NCBI GenBank assembly: GCA_037446135.1 | Contig: JBBIJD010000005.1 | Location: 28,963 to 46,089 of the forward strand | Source of the DNA: Candidatus Fraserbacteria bacterium | GTDB lineage: Bacteria > Bipolaricaulota > Bipolaricaulia > RBG-16-55-9 > JANLFV01 | Direction: 5' to 3' | Length of the DNA stretch: 17,127 nucleotides | Shown: positions 1 through 7,754 of the stretch, in pieces | Position numbering within the stretch: position 1 is the stretch's first letter | Layout of the letters: each line of letters starts with the position of its first letter | Program-made: the position numbers and the translations under genes | Notes under the pieces: model-generated | Seen by the model: the letters and a program-made list of their open reading frames with translations, nothing else | The model's database searches: none | What the model was told of the DNA's origin: nothing

Positions 1-73
1 CCCCACTGCCGCTCATTCATCGAGCCGGTCTGGTTCTGAAACACCTCAAGAGCCCGCATTAGTTCGAAGGATT

Positions 74-155
74 CCTTCTCCCTCAATGAGGGGAGGCTGG
101 AATGGGAGTGACGAGCGGAGTCCCTCCACCTCGCTCCTCTCACGCCAGCGGAGGG
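74..155. repeat. Degenerate REP-like palindromic element
   Basis: Imperfect hairpin TTCTCCCTCA-A-TGAGGGGAGG, then GGAATGGGAGTGA and a loosely complementary TCCCTCCACC...CTCTCAC...GGAGGG tract; resembles CCCTCTCCC..GGGAGAGGG intergenic repeats; single copy in window. Confidence 0.3.
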
Positions 156-237
156 TTTCTCATTAAAGCACTCATCGTTTCCCTCCGAGTGGGGCGGCTC
201 GGACCGATCTTCCCCCTCTGAGGCGGTTCTGCTAGAC

Positions 238-243
238 TAGAAT
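238..243 (+). promoter_or_regulatory. Putative -10 element (TAGAAT) 8 nt before the MFS start; leaderless or near-leaderless
   Basis: CTAGAATCGAGGGCCATG; no clear -35. Confidence 0.4.
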
Positions 244-251
244 CGAGGGCC

Positions 252-1439
252 ATGAGCGAAGGGGAAGAAGCCTTGGTGCAGAGGCCGGGGCGGGTGAGTC
301 GGAATGTCTACCTCCTCGGGCTGACGAGCCTGATCCAGGATGTCTCGAGCGAGCTGATCCAGGCTGTCCTCCCGGGGTTCATCGCCGCCCTAGGCGGGGG
401 CGGCCTTGGAGTAGGGCTGATCGGTGGGATCGAAGAGAGCGCCAAGAGCCTCCTGAGCATCTTCGCCGGCCACTGGTCCGACCGGTTCGGCCGGAGGAAG
501 CCGCTGGTGGCTGGGGGTTACGCCCTAGCGAACTTGGCCAAGCTCGGACAGGCCTTCGTCTCCGGCTGGGGCCAACTCCTCGGGCTGAGGCTCCTCGACC
601 GTGTGGGGAAGGGCCTGCGGACCGCGCCGCGGGATGCGCTGATCGCCGACTCCGCCGCTAAGGCGAGTCGAGGCTTCAACTTCGGCCTCCACCGGGCGAT
701 GGATAGCGCTGGAGCCGTGCTCGGGACGGCCGCAGCCTACCTCCTCTACCATTATCTTGCCCTAGAGCTGAGGCAGATCATCCTCCTCGGCGGGCTCATC
801 GGCCTTCTGGCCCTCCTCCCGCTCATCGGGGTCCGGGAGCGAAGAAGAGGCAAGCCCCGCCCGAGGCCGCTCCTCCTGGGCTTAAGGGGCCTCTCCCGTC
901 CATTTTGGCTCAATTTGAGTGCGATGATGCTCTTCGCCATGGCCAATCTGAGCTATATGTTCTTCTGGCTCAGAGTGAGCCAGAACTTCTCCGAGAAGCT
1001 GGCCATCGAGCTCCCGATCCTGATGTATGCCCTCTTCAATCTCTCCTATACCCTCCTCTCGCTCCCCGCCGGGGCGGTCGGGGATCGCCTCGGCCGGAGG
1101 ACGGTCCTCCTCAGCGGCTACCTCCTCTTCATCCCCGTCGCTTTGGGCTTCATCCTTGCCGCCTCTCTTGGGGCCTTCATCCCCCTCTTCCTCACCCTGG
1201 GGGCCGTCTATGCCCTGATCGAGGGGAATCAACGGGCCTTTGCCGCTGACCTAGCAGCGCGGGAGGGGCGGGGCCTGGCCCTGGGAGTCTTTCACATGGG
1301 GATCGGCCTAGCGGCCCTCTTGGGGAATACCATCGCCGGCCTCGTCTGGCAGTTCATCTCCTCTGAGGCGACCTTTATCTACGGAAGCGGGCTGGCCCTC
1401 CTCAGCGCCGCCTTGCTCTTCCTCAGCCCGCCGCGTTAG
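252..1439 (+). CDS. MFS transporter
   Basis: About 12 hydrophobic segments; motif A twice (GHWSDRFGRRK, GAVGDRLGRR); DRVGKGLRTAPRDALIA motif. Confidence 0.93.
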   Translation: MSEGEEALVQRPGRVSRNVYLLGLTSLIQDVSSELIQAVLPGFIAALGGGGLGVGLIGGIEESAKSLLSIFAGHWSDRFGRRKPLVAGGYALANLAKLGQAFVSGWGQLLGLRLLDRVGKGLRTAPRDALIADSAAKASRGFNFGLHRAMDSAGAVLGTAAAYLLYHYLALELRQIILLGGLIGLLALLPLIGVRERRRGKPRPRPLLLGLRGLSRPFWLNLSAMMLFAMANLSYMFFWLRVSQNFSEKLAIELPILMYALFNLSYTLLSLPAGAVGDRLGRRTVLLSGYLLFIPVALGFILAASLGAFIPLFLTLGAVYALIEGNQRAFAADLAAREGRGLALGVFHMGIGLAALLGNTIAGLVWQFISSEATFIYGSGLALLSAALLFLSPPR

Positions 1440-1445
1440 GCGGAT

Positions 1446-1474
1446 TTGCAACCCCTGCTCGGGCCGGCTATAAT
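1446..1474 (+). promoter_or_regulatory. Sigma70-type promoter of the Crp/Fnr gene
   Basis: TTGCAA (1446-1451) - 17 nt - TATAAT (1469-1474). Confidence 0.8.
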
Positions 1475-1508
1475 GATTTTGATCAATCGATCAATTGATC
1501 AATATCAT
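1473..1508. promoter_or_regulatory. Tandem FNR-like boxes forming a long inverted repeat (operator)
   Basis: ATGAT-TTTG-ATCAA (1473-1486) and TTGAT-CAAT-ATCAT (1495-1508), each 9/10 to TTGAT-N4-ATCAA. Confidence 0.7.
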
Positions 1509-1517
1509 AGGAGGGGC

Positions 1518-2216
1518 GTGACGGAGAGGCCCTGGATCTTCAGCGCGCGCTACGGCAAGGAGTTCGAGGAGCTCAAGCCTCAGGTCTGGCCGCTCGTCTA
1601 CGAAGAGGGGCGGTTGATCTTCGAGGAGGGCGAGCCGGCCTTCGGGGTCTACCTCATTGATTCCGGGAAGGTCAAGCTGACGAAGCGAGCCCCCGATGGC
1701 CGGCGGCAGATCCTCAAGCTGATCGGCCCTGGAGAGATCTTAGGGGAGGAGGCCCTCTTCCACGAGTCGGTCTACTCTGCCCAGGCGCGGGCGCTGGAGC
1801 GGACCGTCGCGGGCTTTGTGACCTTGAAAGACCTCCTCCACTTCTTGGAGGACCACCCCCAGGTAGCCCTCAAGCTCCTCCGCTCCCTCTCCCACGAGAT
1901 CAGAGAGTTCCATGACAAGCTCCTGGAGACCTCCTATGAGAGCAGCCTCGAGCGGATCGCTCGGCTCTTGCTCGCGCTCGCCGACCGCTGGGGGGAGCAG
2001 GAAGATGGCGGGCTCTACATCGGGGTCAAGCTCTCGCGCTCGGAGCTGGCGGAGCTGGCGGGGGTCGCGAGTGAGACGGCCAGTCGGCTCCTCGCCCGAC
2101 TCCGCGAGCGAGGGATCCTCGCCCTCAATGGGCCCAGGATCATCATCCGTGACCGGGAGAGATTGGCAGCTCTCACCGAGCCCGTTTGCCTCAACTTCCA
2201 GGAGAACCTTCCCTGA
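1518..2216 (+). CDS. Crp/Fnr family transcriptional regulator
   Basis: cNMP-binding fold (IFEEGEP..GVYLIDSGKVKL..GEILGE) and HTH (LSRSELAELAGVASETASRLL); start moved to GTG 1518 after AGGAGG because the ORF-track start lies in the promoter. Confidence 0.92.
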   Translation: MTERPWIFSARYGKEFEELKPQVWPLVYEEGRLIFEEGEPAFGVYLIDSGKVKLTKRAPDGRRQILKLIGPGEILGEEALFHESVYSAQARALERTVAGFVTLKDLLHFLEDHPQVALKLLRSLSHEIREFHDKLLETSYESSLERIARLLLALADRWGEQEDGGLYIGVKLSRSELAELAGVASETASRLLARLRERGILALNGPRIIIRDRERLAALTEPVCLNFQENLP

Positions 2217-2264
2217 CTGACCTGGGGCCTGAGCTCTTCAGGAGAGGATTTGCCCCTCGGACTC

Positions 2265-2293
2265 TTGACAGGGAAAGCCAGGTGTGCTATACT
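2265..2293 (+). promoter_or_regulatory. Sigma70 promoter of the leader / binding-protein transcript
   Basis: TTGACA (2265-2270) - 17 nt - TATACT (2288-2293) with extended -10 TG at 2285-2286. Confidence 0.85.
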
Positions 2294-2302
2294 CTTGCCA
2301 AG

Positions 2303-2371
2303 ATGGTCGGCATGTTCGGGAGGAGGTCGAGGAGTAGCGCGATTATAGGCTATTTTACGTGGTTGATTTAG
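2303..2371 (+). CDS. Putative attenuator leader peptide 1, MVGMFGRRSRSSAIIGYFTWLI
   Basis: ATG 9 nt after the -10 element (alternative ATG 2312); ends in an I-I-G-Y-F-T-W-L-I cluster; TAG abuts a hairpin; similar peptide at 7642-7731. Confidence 0.55.
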   Translation: MVGMFGRRSRSSAIIGYFTWLI

Positions 2372-2407
2372 GTAGCTTAGCGCGCTTTATAAGTGCGCTA
2401 AGCTGCC
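2371..2407 (+). promoter_or_regulatory. 17-bp leader hairpin (attenuator element)
   Basis: GGTAGCTTAGCGCGCTT-TAT-AAGTGCGCTAAGCTGCC, fully paired with two G-U pairs. Confidence 0.7.
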
Positions 2408-2412
2408 GATAA

Positions 2413-2443
2413 GGCCATAAGCCGCGAGGCTTGTGGCTTTTTT
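2413..2443 (+). terminator. Intrinsic terminator within the 5' leader
   Basis: GGCCATAAGCC-GCGA-GGCTTGTGGC followed by T6, between the promoter and the CDS. Confidence 0.8.
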
Positions 2444-2521
2444 CTATCTCGAGGGAAGGGAGGTGAGAGCCGGAGGAATTGAGGAAGCCAAACCCAAGGA
2501 GTAAGGAGGTCCAAAGAAAAG

Positions 2522-3910
2522 ATGGCAAAAGATCTCGTCGAGCAGTTGGAGAAGGGGCGGATCACCAGGCGTGATTTCTTGAAGGGGATAGGGCTCGCCA
2601 CGGGGACAGTAGCCTTAACGAGCGTATTCAGCTTCCGGGGGTTCGGGCAAGCACCGGTGACCATCGGGGCGATCCATCCCATGACCGGGGCCTTGGCTGA
2701 GTTCGGCCCGCCTGAAGTCTACGCGGACGAGCTGGCAGCGGACCACCTCAACGAGGCGGCTGGGCGGCAGTTGATCAAGCTGGCCTTCGGGGATACTCAG
2801 ACAGCGGCCGCGGCGGGGATCGCCGAGGCCAACCGCCTTGTGGATGTGCTCGGCGTCCCGGCGATCATCGGGGCCGCGGCCTCGGGGGTCACGATCCCCG
2901 TAGCTCAGTCGGTCTGCATCCCAAAGAAGGTCCTCCAGATCTCCTACGCCTCCACCTCGCCCATGATCACCGCTCTTGATGACAATGACTTCCTCTTCCG
3001 GACCTGCCCCTCCGACGCATTGCAGGGGGTGGTCGCGGGAAGGCTGGCCTTTAACCTGGGCTTCCGCAAAGCCTCGACGATGTATGTCAACAACCCCTAC
3101 GGCCAGGGGCTGAGCAATGTCTTCTGCCAGACCTTCGAGGCCATGGGCGGGAAGTGCTTGGCCGAGGTCCCGCATCCGGAGGAGATCCAGCCGTCGTATG
3201 TGGCCGAGCTCCAGCAGGCCCTGGCCGGCCAGCCGGATGTGATTCACCTCCCCACTTATCCCGGCCAAGCGGTGGTCTTCATGCGGGAGGCGATCGAGCA
3301 GTTCGGCTTCAATAGCTGGCTCTTCACCGATGGGACCAGGTCAGAGCTGATCCCTCAGACCGTCGGGGCGGCGAATGTCGAAGGGATGTGGGGGACAGCT
3401 CCGGGGGCCGCGGAGACTCCTTCCCTGGAGGTCTTCAACTCCACATATGAGAAGAAATACGGCCGGAGGCCGCCGCTCCCCTTCCTTGACACCAGCTACG
3501 ATGCCGTGATCGTGGCCGGGCTGGTGGTCGCCCTCGCCCAGAAGGCCGGCCAGCCGGTGACCGGCACGGTCTTGCGGTCCCTCGTGCGGAGCGTGGCCGG
3601 GTTCACCGAGCCGATCAAGGCGGCCCTGAAAGCTTTGGGCCATCCCGTCGAGCCGGTGGTGACCTTCGGCGCCGGGGTCGATGGACTGAAGACGGCATTC
3701 GATGCTATCTCCCAGGCTGAGAAGTTCGCTTGCGTCACGATCGAAGTCGGCGGGCGGCAATTCCAGATCTGCCAGATGGTCCCCTTGCTCAACTATGAGG
3801 GCGCGGCCGGGGCGGTAGACTTCGATGAGAATGGGGATGTGGTGACCCCGATCGATGTCTGGCAGTATAAGAACGGCGTCCCGGTGACCGTCAGGAAGGA
3901 GATGCCTTAG
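2522..3910 (+). CDS. Tat-exported ABC substrate-binding protein, LivJ/LivK (HAAT) type
   Basis: Twin-arginine signal TRRDFLK; TIGAIHPMTG, IIGAAASGV, QISYASTSP, FLFRTCPSD, NYEGAAGAVDFDENGD motifs; SD AAGGAGGT at 2503-2510. Confidence 0.9.
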   Translation: MAKDLVEQLEKGRITRRDFLKGIGLATGTVALTSVFSFRGFGQAPVTIGAIHPMTGALAEFGPPEVYADELAADHLNEAAGRQLIKLAFGDTQTAAAAGIAEANRLVDVLGVPAIIGAAASGVTIPVAQSVCIPKKVLQISYASTSPMITALDDNDFLFRTCPSDALQGVVAGRLAFNLGFRKASTMYVNNPYGQGLSNVFCQTFEAMGGKCLAEVPHPEEIQPSYVAELQQALAGQPDVIHLPTYPGQAVVFMREAIEQFGFNSWLFTDGTRSELIPQTVGAANVEGMWGTAPGAAETPSLEVFNSTYEKKYGRRPPLPFLDTSYDAVIVAGLVVALAQKAGQPVTGTVLRSLVRSVAGFTEPIKAALKALGHPVEPVVTFGAGVDGLKTAFDAISQAEKFACVTIEVGGRQFQICQMVPLLNYEGAAGAVDFDENGDVVTPIDVWQYKNGVPVTVRKEMP

Positions 3911-3937
3911 CGGACTGAATTAAGGACGGAGAAGGAG

Positions 3938-3980
3938 GAGGCCCATCCTAGCTTAAGGGTGGGCCTCTTTATTATTCTTT
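3938..3980 (+). terminator. Intrinsic terminator between convergent genes, possibly bidirectional
   Basis: GAGGCCCATCCT / AGGGTGGGCCTC stem followed by TTTATTATTCTTT. Confidence 0.7.
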
Positions 3981-4961
3981 CAGCATTCTTGAGACGCGCC
4001 GGACCTCCCCTAAGATCCCTTGGGGGCGGAAAAGCAAGACCAGCTCGAGCAAGATCCCGATCAGTAGCAATCGGAGGTAAGGGGCACGGGACTGGAGGGC
4101 CGCGGGGAGTTCAGCAGTGACGAAGGAGGTCCCGACCCAGATCCCCCAGACGAGGAAGGCCCCCAGAATTGCCCCTTTGTTGTTCCCGCTCCCGCCTAGC
4201 ATGAGCATCACCCACATGATGAAGGTGGCGAAGAGGGGAGTGAACATCGATGGGTCGACTGAACGGATGTAGTGGGCCCAGAGTGCCCCTCCGATCCCCA
4301 TGATCATCGCTCCCAAGATCAGTGCCTGCATCTTGAACCGGAAGATGTCCTTCCCGCTCATCTGGGTGGCGGGCTCATCCTCGCGGATCGCCCTCAGCAC
4401 CCGCCCCCAGGGTGAGCGGATGATCTGTTCGATAATTAGATAGATCAAGATCATGACCACCAGGACGATCGCCAAGTAGATGTAGGCATAATCCCTTGAG
4501 CTGATCAAGCCGGTATCGACGAGGTCGTGCCAGAACGGTTGCGGTAGGCCGGTGAGCGGCTGCGGGCCATTAGCCAACCAGCGCTCATTGTTGAAGACTA
4601 ATCGGATCGTCTCGGCGATCCCGATGGTGGCGATCGCGAGGTAATCTTCCCGGAGGCGGAGGGTGGGGAAGCCGACCAGGAACGCGACGATCCCACAGAC
4701 GACCGCTGCGGCCAGGACCCCGCAGATCACGGGCAGGCCCAGCCCGAGCGCCTGCTGGACATAGTGGATATGGACGCCGCTGGGCATCGGGAGGGTGACC
4801 AGCGCCGAGGTATAGGCCCCGATCGCGAAGAACCCAGCGATCCCGATGTTAAAGAGCCCGGTGAAGCCCCACTGGATGTTCAAGCCGAGGGTGAAGATCG
4901 CATAGATCCCGGCTTGAATGACGAATGAGCTGAGATATGAGAAGATCCCTGTGAGCCCCAT
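3972..4961 (-). CDS. livM: Branched-chain/hydrophobic amino acid ABC permease, LivM-type
   Basis: GLNIQWGFTGLFNIG, LRLREDYLAIATIG, SPWGRVLRAIREDE motifs. Confidence 0.9.
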   Translation of the reverse strand: MGLTGIFSYLSSFVIQAGIYAIFTLGLNIQWGFTGLFNIGIAGFFAIGAYTSALVTLPMPSGVHIHYVQQALGLGLPVICGVLAAAVVCGIVAFLVGFPTLRLREDYLAIATIGIAETIRLVFNNERWLANGPQPLTGLPQPFWHDLVDTGLISSRDYAYIYLAIVLVVMILIYLIIEQIIRSPWGRVLRAIREDEPATQMSGKDIFRFKMQALILGAMIMGIGGALWAHYIRSVDPSMFTPLFATFIMWVMLMLGGSGNNKGAILGAFLVWGIWVGTSFVTAELPAALQSRAPYLRLLLIGILLELVLLFRPQGILGEVRRVSRMLKE

Positions 4962-4965
4962 CAGT

Positions 4966-6060
4966 TCAGCGCTCCTTCCCCCCGAAGATCCCTTGAGGGC
5001 GGATCAGGAGGATGATGATCATGACGATGAAGGCCACGGCCGGTTTATATGCCGGGTTCAGGAAGGCGGTCGAGATCTGTTGGACCATCCCGATAATGAG
5101 CCCCCCGGCCAGCGCCCCGTAGGGATTTCCGACCCCGCCCAAGATCACGGCCGCAAAGAGTGGGAGCAGGAAGAACCAGCCCATCTCCGGGCGGACCTGG
5201 GAATCGAGCCCGAGCAAGACTCCCCCAACAGCGGCCATCGCTGCCCCTAAGGCCCAGGTCCAGAAGATGACCCTTCCGACATCGATCCCTGTCACGCGGG
5301 CCAGTTCGGGGTTGTCCGCAGTAGCCCGCATCGCCTTTCCCAGTTTCGTCCGCTCCAGGAAGAGATAGATGAGGAAGACGAACAACAATGCCAGGGCCAG
5401 GATGATCAACTGATCATAGCGGATGCGGATCCCCCCGGGCAGGGTCAATGCCTGGCGGATCCCCACATAATAATTGTGGAAATCGCCGCCCCAGATGATA
5501 TAGACCAAGCTCCGGATGAGGAAGGCCGCCCCAAGGGCCGCCATCGCGAGGATAGCCGGGGAGCTGCCCCGTCTCCGGAGGGGGCTATAGATCAGCTTCT
5601 CTAGGGCTAGGGCAATCAGGACGGTGACGATCATCGCTAATGGCAGGGCCAGCAGGAACTCCCAGCCGAAGGAGAATGGGGCGAGGCTCTCCCCACGCGG
5701 TAGGACGGTCCCGACGAAGAGGAGCACGATGTAGGCTCCCACGGTCATGAGGTCCCCATGAGCGAAGTTGGCGAACCTCAAGATCCCATAGACCAGAGTG
5801 AGCCCGATCGCCCCGAGTGCGATCACTGCCCCTAGGGTCAGGCCCCAGACAGCGAGGGAGGCGAGCCGGATGAAGGTCACGCCTTTGGCTTGCCCGACGA
5901 AGATGAGCAGGACAATCAAGCCGAGCAGGCTCAGGCCGCCCAGGGCCCGTGTGACGGCCCAACGACTCCACCTGAGCCGGCGGCGAACTCGGGGGATTGC
6001 CACTGAAGCCGAAACCGTCACAGAGGGATCAGGTCCCACACTATCCTCATCCTTAGCCAT
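4966..6060 (-). CDS. livH: Branched-chain/hydrophobic amino acid ABC permease, LivH-type
   Basis: GLTLVYGILRFANFAHG, TKLGKAMRATADN, AAVILGG, RPQGIFG motifs; ATG 6060 or GTG 6063 after GGGAGG. Confidence 0.9.
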   Translation of the reverse strand: MAKDEDSVGPDPSVTVSASVAIPRVRRRLRWSRWAVTRALGGLSLLGLIVLLIFVGQAKGVTFIRLASLAVWGLTLGAVIALGAIGLTLVYGILRFANFAHGDLMTVGAYIVLLFVGTVLPRGESLAPFSFGWEFLLALPLAMIVTVLIALALEKLIYSPLRRRGSSPAILAMAALGAAFLIRSLVYIIWGGDFHNYYVGIRQALTLPGGIRIRYDQLIILALALLFVFLIYLFLERTKLGKAMRATADNPELARVTGIDVGRVIFWTWALGAAMAAVGGVLLGLDSQVRPEMGWFFLLPLFAAVILGGVGNPYGALAGGLIIGMVQQISTAFLNPAYKPAVAFIVMIIILLIRPQGIFGGKER

Positions 6061-6080
6061 CACGCCTCCCTCTCCTTAAC

Positions 6081-6791
6081 CTAGCCACCGAGGTAGAGCC
6101 GACCAACTTCCGGATCAGTCAGGAGCTTCGGCCCCGGTCCTTCCAACTTCTTCCGCCCATCAGCGAGCACATAGCCCCGATCGGCCAGCTTGAGTGACTC
6201 CTTAGCATTCTGCTCCACGATGAGGAGCGAGACCCCCGTGGAGTTGATCTCTTTGATCTTCGCGAAGATCATCTCCGCGAGCTTTGGGGCCAAGGCCGCG
6301 GAGGGCTCATCGAGCATCAAGAGCTGCGGATTGAGCATCAGTGCCCGGCCGATCGCCACCATCTGCCGCTCGCCGCCCGACATCTTCCCCACCCGCTGCC
6401 GCCGCCGCTCCCTAAGGAGGGGGAAGAGCTCATAGACCCCTGCCATCCGGCTCGCGATGGCTTTAGGATCCTCCTCGATGAAGGCCCCCATCTCCAGGTT
6501 CTCCTGGACAGTCAGGGAGGGGAAGACATTGTCCACTTGCGGGACATAGCACAAGCCATGCCGGACGAGCTCATTCGGCGGGAGGCCAGTGACCTCCTGC
6601 TCACGGAAGAGGACCCGCCCCTGAGTCGGGCGGAGGAGCCCGAAGATCGTCTTCATCAGGGTCGATTTCCCGGCACCGTTCGGGCCGATGATCGAGACGA
6701 TCTCCCCTTTGTGGACCTCGATCGAGACCCCGTGGAGGATCTCCATCTCCCCGTAGCCCGAGGTGACCTCTTCAACCTTCAGTAGCGACAT
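6081..6791 (-). CDS. livF: ABC ATP-binding protein, LivF-type
   Basis: Walker A GPNGAGKST, MSGGERQM, LMLDEPS, LIVEQN, YLGG end; ATG 6791 after GGAGGG. Confidence 0.93.
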   Translation of the reverse strand: MSLLKVEEVTSGYGEMEILHGVSIEVHKGEIVSIIGPNGAGKSTLMKTIFGLLRPTQGRVLFREQEVTGLPPNELVRHGLCYVPQVDNVFPSLTVQENLEMGAFIEEDPKAIASRMAGVYELFPLLRERRRQRVGKMSGGERQMVAIGRALMLNPQLLMLDEPSAALAPKLAEMIFAKIKEINSTGVSLLIVEQNAKESLKLADRGYVLADGRKKLEGPGPKLLTDPEVGRLYLGG

Positions 6792-7554
6792 ACTGCCCTC
6801 CAAGGTAGGCCTCGAGGACCCGCTTGTCCCGCTGGACCTCGGCCGGCGTCCCCTCGACCAGCTTACAGCCCTCGCTCATCACGATCACGGGGTTGCAGAG
6901 GCGCATTACTAGGTTCATATCGTGCTCGATGAGGAAGAAGGTCACACCCCGCTCGCGGCAGAGGCGCTCGATCGCCCCGACTAGCCGCCGCAGCAGTGTC
7001 GGATTCACTCCGGCTCCCGGCTCGTCTAGGAGGACCAGCTCGGGATCGGCCATCATCGTCCGTGCCAGCTCGAGGAGCTTCTTCTGCCCCCCGGAGAGGT
7101 TCTTGGCATACTCGTCTTTCAGGTGATAGAGATCCACGAATTCCAAGACCTTGAGGGCCTTCTCTTGGATCTCGCCCTCCTGGCGCCTGATCCGCCGGGC
7201 GAGGAAGAGCGGGCCCCAAAGTCGCTCCCCGAGCTGGTTCGGCGGGACGAGCATCAGGTTCTCGAGCACGGTCATCTCGCCGAACTCCCGAGGGATCTGG
7301 AAGGTCCGGCAAATCCCCTTGTGGAAGATCTGATGGGGCAGGAGGCCGGTGATCTCTTCCCCTTTGAAGAAGATCCTCCCCGCATCGGGTCGATAGAAGC
7401 CGGTGATCAGATTGAAGACAGTGGTCTTCCCCGCACCATTGGGGCCGATCAAACCGGTGATCGTCCCCCGCTTCACGGCGAATGAGCAGTTATTGACCGC
7501 CCGCAGCCCACCGAAGTTCTTCACCAGCCCCTTCACTTCGAGTATCGCTTCCAA
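6772..7554 (-). CDS. livG: ABC ATP-binding protein, LivG-type
   Basis: FGGLRAV, GPNGAGKTT, RTFQ, LSGGQKK, LLDEPGAG, IEHDM, AYLG; likely TTG start 7554 after GAGGAGG (ORF track gives 7572). Confidence 0.92.
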   Translation of the reverse strand: MEAILEVKGLVKNFGGLRAVNNCSFAVKRGTITGLIGPNGAGKTTVFNLITGFYRPDAGRIFFKGEEITGLLPHQIFHKGICRTFQIPREFGEMTVLENLMLVPPNQLGERLWGPLFLARRIRRQEGEIQEKALKVLEFVDLYHLKDEYAKNLSGGQKKLLELARTMMADPELVLLDEPGAGVNPTLLRRLVGAIERLCRERGVTFFLIEHDMNLVMRLCNPVIVMSEGCKLVEGTPAEVQRDKRVLEAYLGGQYVATEG

Positions 7555-7570
7555 CCTGTCCAGCCTCCTC

Positions 7571-7606
7571 AAAGAAAAAGGCCCTGGACCTCCCGGTCCA
7601 CGGCCT
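7571..7606 (-). terminator. Intrinsic terminator in the 5' leader of livGFHM
   Basis: Minus strand AGGCCGTGGACC-GGGA-GGTCCAGGGCCT (one G-G mismatch) then TTTTCTTT, just before the livG SD. Confidence 0.8.
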
Positions 7607-7618
7607 GTTGGGGGATCA

Positions 7619-7640
7619 GCGGCCTCGAGCTCGAGGCCGC
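7619..7640 (-). promoter_or_regulatory. Perfect 22-bp palindrome / leader hairpin
   Basis: GCGGCCTCGAGCTCGAGGCCGC, 1 nt after the leader stop codon. Confidence 0.7.
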
Positions 7641-7641
7641 C

Positions 7642-7731
7642 TTAACTCCCCCCGATCGTCCACATAAAGGAGTAAGAGATAACTAGGGAGATATCACCAC
7701 CTCTGAACGCTGCCCTCAGCCCAACCTCCAT
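7642..7731 (-). CDS. Putative attenuator leader peptide 2, MEVGLRAAFRGGDISLVISYSFMWTIGGS
   Basis: Translated by hand; GGGAG SD 5 nt before ATG 7731; TAA at 7644-7642; hydrophobic/aromatic codon cluster. Confidence 0.6.
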   Translation of the reverse strand: MEVGLRAAFRGGDISLVISYSFMWTIGGS

Positions 7732-7754
7732 CTCGGCTCCCAACCTTCCCATTT

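Noticed and set aside
1446..1517. N-terminal extension of the Crp/Fnr ORF
   Set aside because: The TTG is the -35 box; the segment is promoter, operator and SD
2186..2302. 61-aa ORF 2186-2371 as a full gene
   Set aside because: Its 5' part overlaps the Crp/Fnr end and the promoter; only the part from ATG 2303 lies in the predicted transcript
2300..2443. T-box or known riboswitch upstream of the amino acid binding protein
   Set aside because: No GGTGGNACC T-box motif and the leader is short; no recognisable glycine, lysine, SAM or TPP consensus. The same holds for 7571-7750. An Rfam scan is needed to close this fully.
7732..7752. In-frame upstream ATG (7752) for leader 2
   Set aside because: Only 2 nt from the -10 box, so upstream of the expected TSS
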